Positions 10,201 to 19,000 of a stretch of DNA of 44,828 bases are shown piece after piece (positions within the stretch are counted from its first letter, which is position 1; each line of letters starts with the position of its first letter). The notes beneath the pieces were generated by a model. The model searched no databases. It saw only the letters and a list, made by a program, of their open reading frames with translations, and was not told the DNA's origin. A program made the position numbers and the translations under genes. Source of the DNA: Trichomonas gallinae (Eukaryota). The stretch spans positions 1-44,828 of the forward strand of contig MRSU01003351.1 of the NCBI GenBank assembly GCA_008369845.1, in the 5' to 3' direction.

Positions 10201-11803
10201 TGAGCAAACTTTTTCGCGCAATTTCGATTTCCTTCTGATTTTCGTTCAAGACGATATTGGCGGACCTGTAGTAGTCGAGCATGTTTCTCAGTGTCTTGAT
10301 GAATTTCTGGTCCTTGATGACTATATATGATAATAATTCTTTTTCTTTCAACAATCTGTAATTAATTTCTGCAAATAGGAGTGGGAATTGCATAATGCGA
10401 GAAAGCAATAAATCCAATAGTTCTGATTGCTCTTCCGCCCTTTTTAGGCTAGCTTTGTCTTTAAGTTCTTGACGATTTGCTAATTTGTCCAATCCGATGC
10501 GATTTTCTTCAAGTAAGATGCGGAATACGCGCTTTCTAACTGTATTAAATGATTTGAAACCAGGTGTTTGTGAAAATAATGTAATTTTCGGCGTATAAAT
10601 TATTGACGCCATTAATAAACCAGAACACTGTGTTAAACTATACAGTTGTTCCATAAAATCAGCAATTCTCATTGATATGTTTCCATTTGCGCCCACTTTT
10701 TTCCCATCTAAATCTTTTTGGCGATATTCAAGCTGTGTTGTCATTCCAATGAGGAAAATCATGATGTATCCTGGTACTTTTAACAATATTTGCGAAATTA
10801 AGTAAATATTCGTTTGAATATCTTGATTTTGATAAAAAAAATCTTCGGGAAATTCGATACAATCGAAGCAGAATCCATTTTCAAAATTATTTTTTGTAGA
10901 AATAGCCAAACTTCCATCAATTAACAATGATTGAGGCAGTTCTACAACATCTTGATTGTATTCCCAGTAAAATGGTTCTTCTACCCTAATAATCTCATCG
11001 CAGAATTTGTTAGGAAGAGAATTAAAAACTGAATTGAGAGCATTTGAGTTCGCATATTCCGCGAAAGTTCGTAAAACATTCAATGAAAAACTATTTAACT
11101 GCAAAACGTAGGGTAAAATTGTTTTAATGATTCCTTCGAGTGCATAAGGGTTAATTACGAGTGTTTTATTTGATAACCAGCTACTTAACGAAGAAAGTAA
11201 TTTTTTCGCATCATCATTCAGTTCTGTTGAGTCAATGGTGCATTTTTGTAGAACAAGATCGAGAATAAATGTTGATTCTTCTGGATGCTCAAACGGAGAA
11301 GAGAAAAATACAATCAACGAATCTAAATATTTTCCGATTTCATTTGGAGATGATTCTTCAATTAAAGCTCTGTACATGAAGCAAAATGTCGGAATAGTTA
11401 AGAACGCTGTGTCTGATTTTGTCGCATTTATTAACGCTAAAAACAAAGAATGAACGTGTTCATCATTTTTTGTCTTCAGATAATAGATGTACCATGATAA
11501 TGCTGTATTGAGGATCCACGCTAATCGATATTTGTTCATGATAACATTTTTTGTATATAATTTCGTAAGCAAACTTGGGAAAAACGGGACACCATAGCCA
11601 ATATCGTATAGTGCTTTCACGAAATATCTTGATTTTCCGGTTTCTCGAATGTGATCGATTTCTTTCGGAGTGAATTTTTGCAGAGCATTCGTTTCGAGTA
11701 TCGAATTTTCATTAGGAAGTGGAATCAATTCTTGTGGCCCCAATGAAGCAGTAAACACGAGAATATCAGGAATAGGGAAATCAAAATTCCCTAATCTTGA
11801 CAT
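4238..11803 (-). CDS. Beige/BEACH domain protein (ConA-like, PH, BEACH, WD40), 2521 aa
   Basis: BEACH hallmarks 'KWVNGEMSNFEYLMSLNVYSGRSF', 'YRDLSKPIGAL', 'ELIPEFYFQPEFLIN', 'LPPWA', 'ALES.FVS.HINEWIDLIWG' and 'GQIPPQLF.APHP'. Upstream PH-like segment and C-terminal WD repeats. Confidence 0.95.
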   Translation of the reverse strand: MSRLGNFDFPIPDILVFTASLGPQELIPLPNENSILETNALQKFTPKEIDHIRETGKSRYFVKALYDIGYGVPFFPSLLTKLYTKNVIMNKYRLAWILNTALSWYIYYLKTKNDEHVHSLFLALINATKSDTAFLTIPTFCFMYRALIEESSPNEIGKYLDSLIVFFSSPFEHPEESTFILDLVLQKCTIDSTELNDDAKKLLSSLSSWLSNKTLVINPYALEGIIKTILPYVLQLNSFSLNVLRTFAEYANSNALNSVFNSLPNKFCDEIIRVEEPFYWEYNQDVVELPQSLLIDGSLAISTKNNFENGFCFDCIEFPEDFFYQNQDIQTNIYLISQILLKVPGYIMIFLIGMTTQLEYRQKDLDGKKVGANGNISMRIADFMEQLYSLTQCSGLLMASIIYTPKITLFSQTPGFKSFNTVRKRVFRILLEENRIGLDKLANRQELKDKASLKRAEEQSELLDLLLSRIMQFPLLFAEINYRLLKEKELLSYIVIKDQKFIKTLRNMLDYYRSANIVLNENQKEIEIARKSLLNVLTFLIENTETCKVLFSDQAQLLSSSQQLQTSILFMLLEIPLRSFALSLFSKAFQNSTLEIIKSVIMNFELIFANAIVKLSEENNIILIKDLINFLIEEYRKNPKIIDSFTSVLNRINEILEKIESLDSHKDLFNTIIMFLIEISESIEIPTALLANLSNAVKAIYGSNPPESVFDLFVRFVKVDPKADSLPFFSLKVPKIFKYFLKVFIHSRFNEVIKFTSDMIKFDQENAIQMSKAEVDIYLLSVIPEIDDLESVKLILNLFKQIAVIESPPLVVKQFISLLSPVNGKFSKYHELYIKTLWDLISVTYWKRPYTAKLGLGYHFDEKIDVHSLFTKGYTIMTWILIQQMSKSEVNIFSMKYQDSSFRLVLKENSLLIIYKDNANERISTIPGQVSPNIWTQIFINVSIDKDEVTEILYNINGNEHIDNSKFNIKEIPSSIHVQFGTIIPDFDGSMEIGTSILSVLQTRQKAALLKTTTLSPIPNGIKCLAGFTPNQSQNNDNLQDKSSFTYSLTKLWKMDLLLPLFSVFEVPLYNGQTWKQGPSDTMTIFARALLTNDSVQRNFCETKKFNFIAHLISQYPSHFLNFEFYMQFFSMFLSFTQGSLQEHLFDAILANPYLWLTSDPNDHLNILMHWHTSLFPRSTTFLLRQRNFRQMLNLLTIYYWYEPTAGMCIGTPSSKRLRNVNLNVDECRKQIYNAVKIIANLSFTKSDLISIFETCQLITSDPLQVKSLLLLAEMLINEIEVCKSPNFIEKSDIFVLLELIGRNNEDISIAVIRVILALFRVKALPTQFLMNCIDSTILSLPVQILSSNFFEAMLNLYPNNPEAMTILCWYASNHSSEENLSKAVNVLLSTEPRDKIMASTTWFIWPLTFVTKLKPKDDVKAVSYIIKMCGRGIIRLLLGIELMSRVMTENVDQLKNLFYEEICIMILEGNLNISDEHMIHFLNSVFGFLFYRQKPYSNALLSLAENSPFCNEFKEISIPSTPPKQPQLHGVLFSKVFMNIDLTKEKHFIAMRFDSEGKWLDKNLSQLILQVISGKSPLYYNHALFLCVMIKHSSPQLVSNFLSTTKISKSNPIFVFVNSLIEQNYLPCPLVNIEQEVLQKIFVIPPSLNDALNEVKKAFNEIMKVSEGCINAIIQPSDEQIISLARNEIAIQNRQIMIKWNQIWSEMSSERGPWSSMVSRSVLRWRRDDTACFAFCPVRLKLNKHFDDHQAASTARDCAHISIPPKTQQKEEDINIDPDMDIKYNQGIERSIFQIHSLGHILFTSPCKVIKPKSTKKGIFTLQQNSIEIIFADYEITIIPLNDIKYAFMRTMFHKKTAIEIFTYSGTPYFINFPEIPKNTSSLVVLQKIAEISPKTATIQNMPFMPYFQSLKITEKWVNGEMSNFEYLMSLNVYSGRSFLEQGQYPIFPLIVIDSKSNKLNFSDESIYRDLSKPIGALDDEVLQRLIEEMHERDLAFESKPFLYSSGPVSRLTICIFLLRMEPFTSLHIHLQSGKFDLADRQMASIPDLIDSLLHGSTDTRELIPEFYFQPEFLINMNNFDLGTRKNGKLNHVGLPPWASTPLEYIYLNRKALESNFVSQHINEWIDLIWGDKQKGEKAEKAYNTFPPSLYEDCWDDNEQLGEKQLKAFLKMIGQIPPQLFKAPHPVKKISNPVKVPMLVPFMVDDSPIYAHYSPGIITLVMSNGTFISLKETFEGENFELVTISKKEIQLPRLVSSFQDPSTIIKSVGTKYILTYQSKTESPPLYLIDVEQTKATKVESPHNFISKIGSCSGWFLTCGREGSCHVYNVDHPKKIQFTATSYRDGITCAAVSDTFKVAIFGTRDKALSVISLTNGITIRVIDVEGVPIKVGITKTWGFIVALLSTNSVADENNEMKANMITVWTINGMHVKTVQIQFDAVGWTIFSSKRGFDYVAFALKNGSLQIAEVFDLDFTQKYSHIKPQNQEIELAGFFYSPIAESIVSIDKTGKVSYTQFIPPSW

Positions 11804-12539
11804 TCACGAAATTGTCAGTCACTTTTTGAATAATTCTGAAAGAAAATTGACAAAATAAGATTATTGTAAACCAATTTTGTCGAATATAATTCAATTTTTG
11901 TCAAAAAGTGGTTAAGTAAAGTCAGGATGTCAAAAAAATTATTTACAAAGCAGATTTATCGGTAACAGATTTCGAATTCAAATTCATTTACTTATTGAGT
12001 CTGTCATATCTACTCATTGAGTCTTTCACATATCTACTAATGGCAGCATACATGATGTATATGTAAAGAACTTCGTTGGCCTTTTAAGTATTATGATGAA
12101 AAAATAATGAATTTATATTCGAGTTTTTGTTTAATCATGAAATAATTTATCAAATTAATTGAAATAAAAAAATATGAAAATATCAAAATAAATATCATGA
12201 TTTTAGGACATAATACTTAGAATATAATGAATAAAAACAATAATAAGAAATCTTGTATGAATAAAATTATCTAAAATCGATGAAAATAAAAATTGAAATT
12301 ATTTATCCTGATTTTCGACTTCAAGAAGCTGTAATTCTTTATGTAAGCTTTATATTACAATTTTGAGTCAAAAATGTTATTTTTCATAGATTTTGGATTA
12401 TGAATCTGAAAACAATGGATAAATCATTTTAAAAATTATTTATATGATTTAGGTACTTGCATGGAATATTATATGTCATTTAAAAAGAAATATAAATTTG
12501 GAAACAAGTGTTGATGATGAAAAATCTATTTTTATTAAT

Positions 12540-12924
12540 ATTGTGACTTTATTTCTTCGAATTTAGCTTTTATAATATCAGATTCAGGGCATATTCATCA
12601 GCTTCTTGTTCAATTATTGAAATAAGTGATTGATTTGAATCTCTTTGGTTTTTTAATGATGAATCCTAAATTTTCACAATGAATTCGATAACTATAAGAT
12701 AAACAAGAGATATACTATAATCGGCACCGTGATCAAGCAGATATTCAACAATTTCGTATGATTTCGATAAAAGAGCTTCAAGAATAGGCGTCGTTTATAC
12801 AATGACTAATTTCTTTGTCCATTTGCATTTCACATATTGTATTTACATCAACTCCTTGATCAATAAGAAATTTTGCAGTTTCTGGTGATCCATACACGCA
12901 GGCAAGACACAAAAGACTAGTATG
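12540..12924 (-). pseudogene. Out-of-frame ankyrin-repeat segments continuing the upstream ankyrin gene (cryptic exons or decayed 3' end)
   Basis: From 12924 downward the minus strand reads HTSLLCLACVYGSPETAKFLIDQGVDVNT. From 12794 to 12705, in another frame, it reads TTPILEALLSKSYEIVEYLLDHGADYSISL. Both are clear ankyrin repeats and are absent from the ORF track. Confidence 0.75.
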
Positions 12925-13255
12925 ATAAGATAATTAATGAACACCTTAAGAATATAATGAATTTTGTTGAAAAATTGAAAAATTAAACAATATTCAAAAA
13001 GAGATAATAAACAATAGAATATGTCGAACTACTTGATTGTATTATGATGAACTACATATATGTATAATGAAATCCACTATAAAAAGATGAAATCTTTGAT
13101 ATCATGAATAACACCAAAAACCAACGATAAACACCTTAAAATTCTAAATAACTCCTTATTAATATAATGAATCCATTGAGAAAACAATGAAATCTCTTAT
13201 AAATTGATTAAATCCATAAAATTCGATTAAAGAACTTCTTAAAGATGAAAAGAAC
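12925..13255 (-). repeat. Degenerate ~20-nt periodic array (TTCAT-N(10-12)-GGA/GGTG/GTAG-like) interrupting the ankyrin gene
   Basis: About 15 loosely similar minus-strand units, e.g. tttcattgttttctcaatgga, ttcattatattaataaggag, tttcatctttttatagtgga, ttcattatattcttaaggtg. Confidence 0.6.
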
Positions 13256-14179
13256 CATTGTTTTGTTGATATCAGCACCATTCTCTATGAAGAATTTCAT
13301 CAAATCAACTGAATTCACTTCAATTGCGAAAGATAAAGAATTAAAGTCTCTAAAATAGCCAAATTGCAGTGAATGATCTTGATATTCATCATTAAGGTCG
13401 AATTTGTTGTAAATACAATAAGAAACGGCTTCAAAATTAAAAGAATTTAAACATTGAGCAAACTTAGGGAATTTGCTTTTATAGTTCTCCAAAATCCAAT
13501 CAGCGACGTCATTGTTATTAAATCTTATTGCTGTGTCAATTGTGCCTCCAAAGTCACCAAATTTCTCTGTTTCAGCAATTATAGAGATGATGTCTTTATT
13601 TCCGCATTTCACTGCAGATCTTGCTGTTGCCCAGCCTATCTTTTCACCTGATACGAGTAAATATCTGAAACAACGTTCTGACCCACACATCGCTGAAATG
13701 TCGATTCCTGGAATCCCATGACTTCCTCGCATATCGAATTTACCATTATATATCTCTTTTAGATGATCAATATCATCAATGGAACAATAATATGCAGCAG
13801 AATTGATTCCAAATAGATTTAAAACTTCAATGTCAGAACTTTCACTTGTTGCATTCATTAGATATTGGTTAGTTATGAAATGTTTAATGGAATATTTGGT
13901 AGATAGCTTCAAATACAAACTTGCAAAGAATTTAATCATATGTTTTCGATCATAAGAGAAATAGTCTAGAAATCTTAATACAAACTGTATTGAAACTTCC
14001 TTCTTGTCTATTATATCACATAATTCATTAAATAATCCGTCAATATTTTCGATTTTGAATTTTGATTCAAGAATTAGCTTAACGACTCTGTGATATGGCT
14101 TAAACAAGTCATAAACTTCGAGATTATGTACATAATCAACCCTTGGAAATTTCTTATTATCCTCGATATTAGAAATCAT
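13208..14179 (-). CDS. DUF3447-type/ankyrin repeat protein (C-terminus runs into the periodic insert)
   Basis: 'IDISAMCGSERCFRYLL', 'AVKCGNKDIISII' and 'AIRFNNNDVADWILENY' fit DUF3447-like repeats. 'SLSFAIEVNSVDLMKFFIENGADIN' is an ankyrin repeat. The first true ATG is 14179 (the track starts at TTG 14182). Confidence 0.85.
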   Translation of the reverse strand: MISNIEDNKKFPRVDYVHNLEVYDLFKPYHRVVKLILESKFKIENIDGLFNELCDIIDKKEVSIQFVLRFLDYFSYDRKHMIKFFASLYLKLSTKYSIKHFITNQYLMNATSESSDIEVLNLFGINSAAYYCSIDDIDHLKEIYNGKFDMRGSHGIPGIDISAMCGSERCFRYLLVSGEKIGWATARSAVKCGNKDIISIIAETEKFGDFGGTIDTAIRFNNNDVADWILENYKSKFPKFAQCLNSFNFEAVSYCIYNKFDLNDEYQDHSLQFGYFRDFNSLSFAIEVNSVDLMKFFIENGADINKTMVLFIFKKFFNRILWI

Positions 14180-14598
14180 CAAGAAAATGTTGAAAAAATG
14201 AACGCTAAATTAATGATATATGTCATTAACAAGTAAGAATTAATATATTTCCAAACAATCGTCAAAAATCGGAAAAATATTATATCGTTGTAAATTATTC
14301 GTCAACTGAGTCTCAACAAACTAATAAACTTTCAAATTTATTCAAAATAATAGCAATATAACATTTATCATTAGTTTAATTCAATAAATTAATGAAGATT
14401 CAATGAAATTTTACTATTTTACGCGAAATCAATATGTTTTTTATCTATATTCTATTTAACTAAGCATTAAATCACCTGCTGTGTTATTCCCAGCTAATAT
14501 TAACCGATAATCATTGATAAGATTTTTTAAGAGTCAGGAATCTCTTATTTGTATTTTATAGAAATATTATTATTTAAATAAACTAAACACATTTATAT

Positions 14599-16173
14599 CT
14601 AATAACTATACTTCTTGATTAACGCATTAACAAAATTCTTGATTTGATTTGGACCAAGTTGAAGTTTTGAGAAATAGCTGTTGATATATTCTCTCGCTTC
14701 TATATCTGTTATTCCGAAATCAGTACGAACACCAATAAATATCAGCTTAATCCAAGGATATCCATCAGGAATTCGTAAAGTGACGCAGAATCTGAGTTTC
14801 TTTTTATTACTAACAATAATAAAGCTCAAGTTCCTTCCATCAAACATAACATGAGGAACAAGTGACTTAATTTCTCTGATTTCGTTGATCATTTTCTTCT
14901 GTCTTGATATTTGAGCAATTTCCGCGTATAAATCATCTGATTTTGTTGTATTTGAGCGTTCTACTGTCGCTCCACGCGTAATTGTAACAGATGGAGTATT
15001 TCTATTTGTAAAAATCGAATTTACTTTGAATGGTATTGAATTTACGAGTGTATTATACATGAATTTGTATTGTTCGTCTGTTTTTTCAGTTTTCTTGTTT
15101 TCGAGATCGTTTACCATTTTAATAGCATCGTCTCGAGTGAATCTTTTTGTTCCTAAGAGCGATGTTGCGTTAGACACAGCAGATTTAAGTGGATTTATGA
15201 CCTTATAGAGATTTGTTGATTCATCTGCTAATGATTTCTCAATAGAAACAAGATATTCGAGGCAATGAGATGTAGCCATGTTGGAATGATATTCTTTGAT
15301 GGTTGCAATGCTCTGTAGTATTTTCGCTGTTTCTTCGCTTGACATATTTGGGTATTTGAGCATAATTTGCGGTGGATCATCAGCAAAAGCATTTTCTTTA
15401 TCTGCGACTGCTCTTCTGAGTTCTTTTGTAGCTTGTTTTAGTTCTGCAGTTACTGATTTAAGCTGTGTGATGTATTTTGTCGTTGGAAGACTGTTTTCTT
15501 GGACGGTAATTGACGCTGATACCGGATCTGTTATATGTGTTGACTTAAAGAAAGTATCTACGTTGGTTCGAGATAATCTTCTCTTATTTAACGCAGAATT
15601 CGACAACAAAGAATTACCTTGGAATTGCGTTTGCTCGCCTGTTATATCATTGAAGTCAATATTTCTCTGCTTTGAGAAGAAAATATTCAGATTTTGCGTG
15701 TTGATGTCACTGCCTTCGTGACGCTCGTTAAAGGTAACTCTGTTTGACTGATAACGCGATTCTCGCTTAATATTTGGTTTTGGCTGGAAAACACTTTCAA
15801 AATCTTGAATTTCAGAAATCGAATCGAATTTTGGCGCATTTTTAAGCAATTCATTTAATTTCTCTGATAAATGACTGTCATCTGAGTCATCTTCATCGAA
15901 ATTATTGCGTTTATCTTTATTTGTGTTAAAAACAGGTGAAAATGTATCATTTTTGCGAGGATTTGCTGGAGATAACTCACTTATCGACAAAACTGTTTTA
16001 ACATTAGTTTCTTTCTGTTCGTACTGTTGATATTCTTTCATCATATCTTTCAATGTTGGAGTACCGCATGAAACTTTTTTCGGAAGATAGAGAGTATCCT
16101 CTCCGAAATCTAATCCGGAGTTTTCCAGCCGGAAACTCTTCTTCAGAGTCGGCCGCGGCATTTCATCGAACAT
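14599..16173 (-). CDS. KNL1: Probable KNL1/Spc105 kinetochore scaffold homolog (524 aa)
   Basis: N-terminal PTLK and RVTF (SILK/RVxF-like PP1 motifs). A Spc7-like helical block 'ELKQATKELRRAVADKENAFADDPPQIMLKY...IKEYHSNMA...EY'. C-terminal RWD-like 'LSFIIVS...RFCVTLRIPDGYPW...SKLQLGPNQIKNFV'. Compared with remembered family consensus only. Confidence 0.65.
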   Translation of the reverse strand: MFDEMPRPTLKKSFRLENSGLDFGEDTLYLPKKVSCGTPTLKDMMKEYQQYEQKETNVKTVLSISELSPANPRKNDTFSPVFNTNKDKRNNFDEDDSDDSHLSEKLNELLKNAPKFDSISEIQDFESVFQPKPNIKRESRYQSNRVTFNERHEGSDINTQNLNIFFSKQRNIDFNDITGEQTQFQGNSLLSNSALNKRRLSRTNVDTFFKSTHITDPVSASITVQENSLPTTKYITQLKSVTAELKQATKELRRAVADKENAFADDPPQIMLKYPNMSSEETAKILQSIATIKEYHSNMATSHCLEYLVSIEKSLADESTNLYKVINPLKSAVSNATSLLGTKRFTRDDAIKMVNDLENKKTEKTDEQYKFMYNTLVNSIPFKVNSIFTNRNTPSVTITRGATVERSNTTKSDDLYAEIAQISRQKKMINEIREIKSLVPHVMFDGRNLSFIIVSNKKKLRFCVTLRIPDGYPWIKLIFIGVRTDFGITDIEAREYINSYFSKLQLGPNQIKNFVNALIKKYSY

Positions 16174-16856
16174 TTTTAAAATTCATAAACGGTCTTTACT
16201 AGTTTTTTGTTATAATTATTTGTAAATTTCCTTTTTTGACCATAATTTCGCCAATATTTTTCAAAAATTTATATGCAAATAGGCCAATATATTGCTATAG
16301 AATGAGAAAAAACCAAAATATTCTGTTTACTCGGTTGACCAAAATGGAAAAAAAATTCATTTTAAATATTCCCCTTTGTTTAGTTCAAATCCTAACTATA
16401 CAGTGTAGGTTCTCCCGTTGATTAACTTCACGGATTAATTTTGATTAAAAAAAATTTTGTCTTTTGCAGGTTAAGATTTTGATACACATATCTGATTGCT
16501 ATTATGCCATTAACAATTCATGCGAATTTGTCCAATTGAGTGCTTTTTCTGAACATTGACAAAATTATTTGAATATTATCAAAATATTTGAGGATAGTCT
16601 CTGAATTATGATTGGTCCAACCAAAATTAAGAGACATCCAATTAGGCCTTACTAAAATTCGTCTAAAAATCTAATTTTTTCAATAATTTGTAAAAAAGGC
16701 AGAATTAAATAACTGTAGATAATTTAATATAGAAAATAAGTATTTAACAAACAAAACAAACTAAAATAGGACTCTTAATTGGCCGAATAAAATATGATTA
16801 CCATCTTACAAAGAACTGATAATCAGAATCCGGCCGGATTAACCAGCGAATCCTTC

Positions 16857-17135
16857 TCAGTCGCTGTTGTTTTGTACGTGGAATTTGATGTGGAATCTGC
16901 CCCTCTTAACGACAACAGAATCGTCGTCATAGCAGACAATGTTGTTCTTGTGGATCTTAGATTTGTTGATTGTATGATTCTTAGCTGGTGAAAATTCGAC
17001 AGATACTTCTCTTGGCTCGATATGGTTGCCAAGCTTGTAGTTTCTCTTCTTACTATCCAATGAACCAATCTTTCTTGGTGGTGGTGGATAGCAGATCATT
17101 TGGGTGTTGGGGAACTCGCTTGATGTCTCCATCAT
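16857..17135 (-). CDS. Small hypothetical protein (92 aa)
   Basis: ATG-started ORF with higher GC than its flanks and an Inr-like TCATT at 17144-17148 on the minus strand. No recognised domain. Confidence 0.55.
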   Translation of the reverse strand: MMETSSEFPNTQMICYPPPPRKIGSLDSKKRNYKLGNHIEPREVSVEFSPAKNHTINKSKIHKNNIVCYDDDSVVVKRGRFHIKFHVQNNSD

Positions 17136-18739
17136 TGATTAATAATGATTTTTCAGAAACTTTTGAAAACTTATTTGTTTGGACTCATCTAACCGTCTCC
17201 AAAAAACTCTAAATATATAATCTACATAAAACAAAAAGCCTATATGCGTCTTCGAAGAGCAAAATCATTTTTTCAATGGTTTATGATCTCGTCTCTCAAA
17301 TTTTTTTGAAAGGGCCCACAGAAATTTAAAATTTTTCATTACAGAAAAATCAATTTGTTTTTGATAAAGAAATATCGTAATAAGCTCTATATATTTTGTA
17401 GCCGATCACACTCGTACCTTCGATCGATCATGATTTTAGTGCTCAAAAAATTTTATTTTTGGATTCACATTGAATTGGATAGAGAATCATATTGGTAAAA
17501 TTGTTGACAATAGCGATTTAAAATGGCTATACTGTTATATACAACAACGAAATCGAGTTATCTATGATCATTGAATGAAAATCATGTTCTCAAAGAATTT
17601 TGTAGTTGGAATCGGAATAATAGGCGCATAATTATGCATACATAACTTCAAATGGAAAATTGATAAGACATTCAATATCTCAAATTTTTTATGAATTTTA
17701 TCATTGGTGATTTCACATTTGTACTGCAAATATGAATACAGCTAGATAATCACTTATTTTAATCGAATTAACTCAATTTTACGTCAACATTTGTTATATA
17801 GCAATGAAATATATTATAGTAATCACATACGAAACCTGTCCAACCGTAATCACTTTTCATAGTGAGCACGTTTGTGGTATACTCAATAATTTTTATTTGC
17901 AATTAATGTCCACACTATTTCCAAGCAATTTAAACAAGATCAAAAATTGTGAACTAATCAAAAACTGTAACGTACTCCTTTTATATTCTCAAAAACCTGG
18001 CACGCGCGATTCACACCATTCCTTGTGGAAACTTCATGAGCGCATAACTATGAATGACATTTCAAAATAAACTTCCCTGTGATACTTTTAATAGAGTTAT
18101 TCAACGACCTTCTCAAAATTATAACTGCTTTTCACATAGAATCACAGTATCGCTGTATATAATTATATAATTCCCAAAATGAGTTTAAGACCAAATTATT
18201 TTCGAGCTCGTTGGGAGTAATCACAATCTTTTGAAAAGAATTCAGGGCTTTATTCAAAAGTAAACTATTTTATGGATTTTATAAGAAATGCAAATCATAG
18301 AGTCTTCATATGTGGCAAAGAAATGTTTTTCCTTACATAAAGTTCCACATCCGCCCCATAATCAAATTTGATTAATTTGATGAACTATGATCCACAACAT
18401 TTTAATCAAATTGCTCATCAATGTTAGGAACATTTCTATCTATTATCAATGCCATTTTTCTAATTTAATTCATTTTTTTATAAAGTCATTGTATTACTTA
18501 TATAGTTCTTGAAATAGTTTAGAAATATTGTGCCTATTATAAATATCCCATCCAAAATAAGTTTTGGACAGATTTTAAATTAACGTAAATTAAATACAGA
18601 TATTGGAGGTTGTAATACCTTTATCATGCAATTCATGCATAGGACTATGATATTTATTGTTTGTCAGCCGTTATTTTCCCCTCCGCCATATCGTCTCAGA
18701 TATTCCAAGACAAAATCAAAGATATGTCATATGATATCT

Positions 18740-19000
18740 TGCTAGGACTGATTTCTTATGAATTTATGTGAAATTTAAGCTCATTGGCGCTAGGATTTGC
18801 CGAAATTTCCATGTTACCGTAAAAAAGATTAGTTCTACGTTGCATTATATTATTTAGCATACATTATAGAGCTCATTTTACGACGTTAAACCAAATTTAG
18901 AATGATTGGAGAAATTGCTGAAATCGCAGATTTCTGATATTTTGGTCTGTCACGAATCTTGCTTAAAACTGCAATAGAAGAATAATGTACCTGAGGTGGT
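18740..19000 (+). pseudogene. Possible heavily decayed Ser/Thr protein kinase relic
   Basis: One frame gives ...LHYI...YDVKPN...QISD (18882-18938). After a 2-nt offset the sequence reads FGLSR (18941-18955). The order matches kinase subdomains VIb-VII. Many stops. Confidence 0.35.

Noticed and set aside
11989..12043. Short tandem duplication tact(t/c)attgagtct(g/tt)..catatc (22-24 bp, ~2.3 copies)
   Set aside because: Ordinary local slippage duplication with no further structure.
12090..12290. ATGA recurring at ~30-nt spacing
   Set aside because: Very AT-rich sequence with an incomplete register. I cannot distinguish it from chance by eye.
12925..13255. CRISPR-like interpretation of the periodic array (also considered for 37861-38260)
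   Set aside because: No identical direct repeats with unique spacers, no cas genes, and a eukaryotic context.
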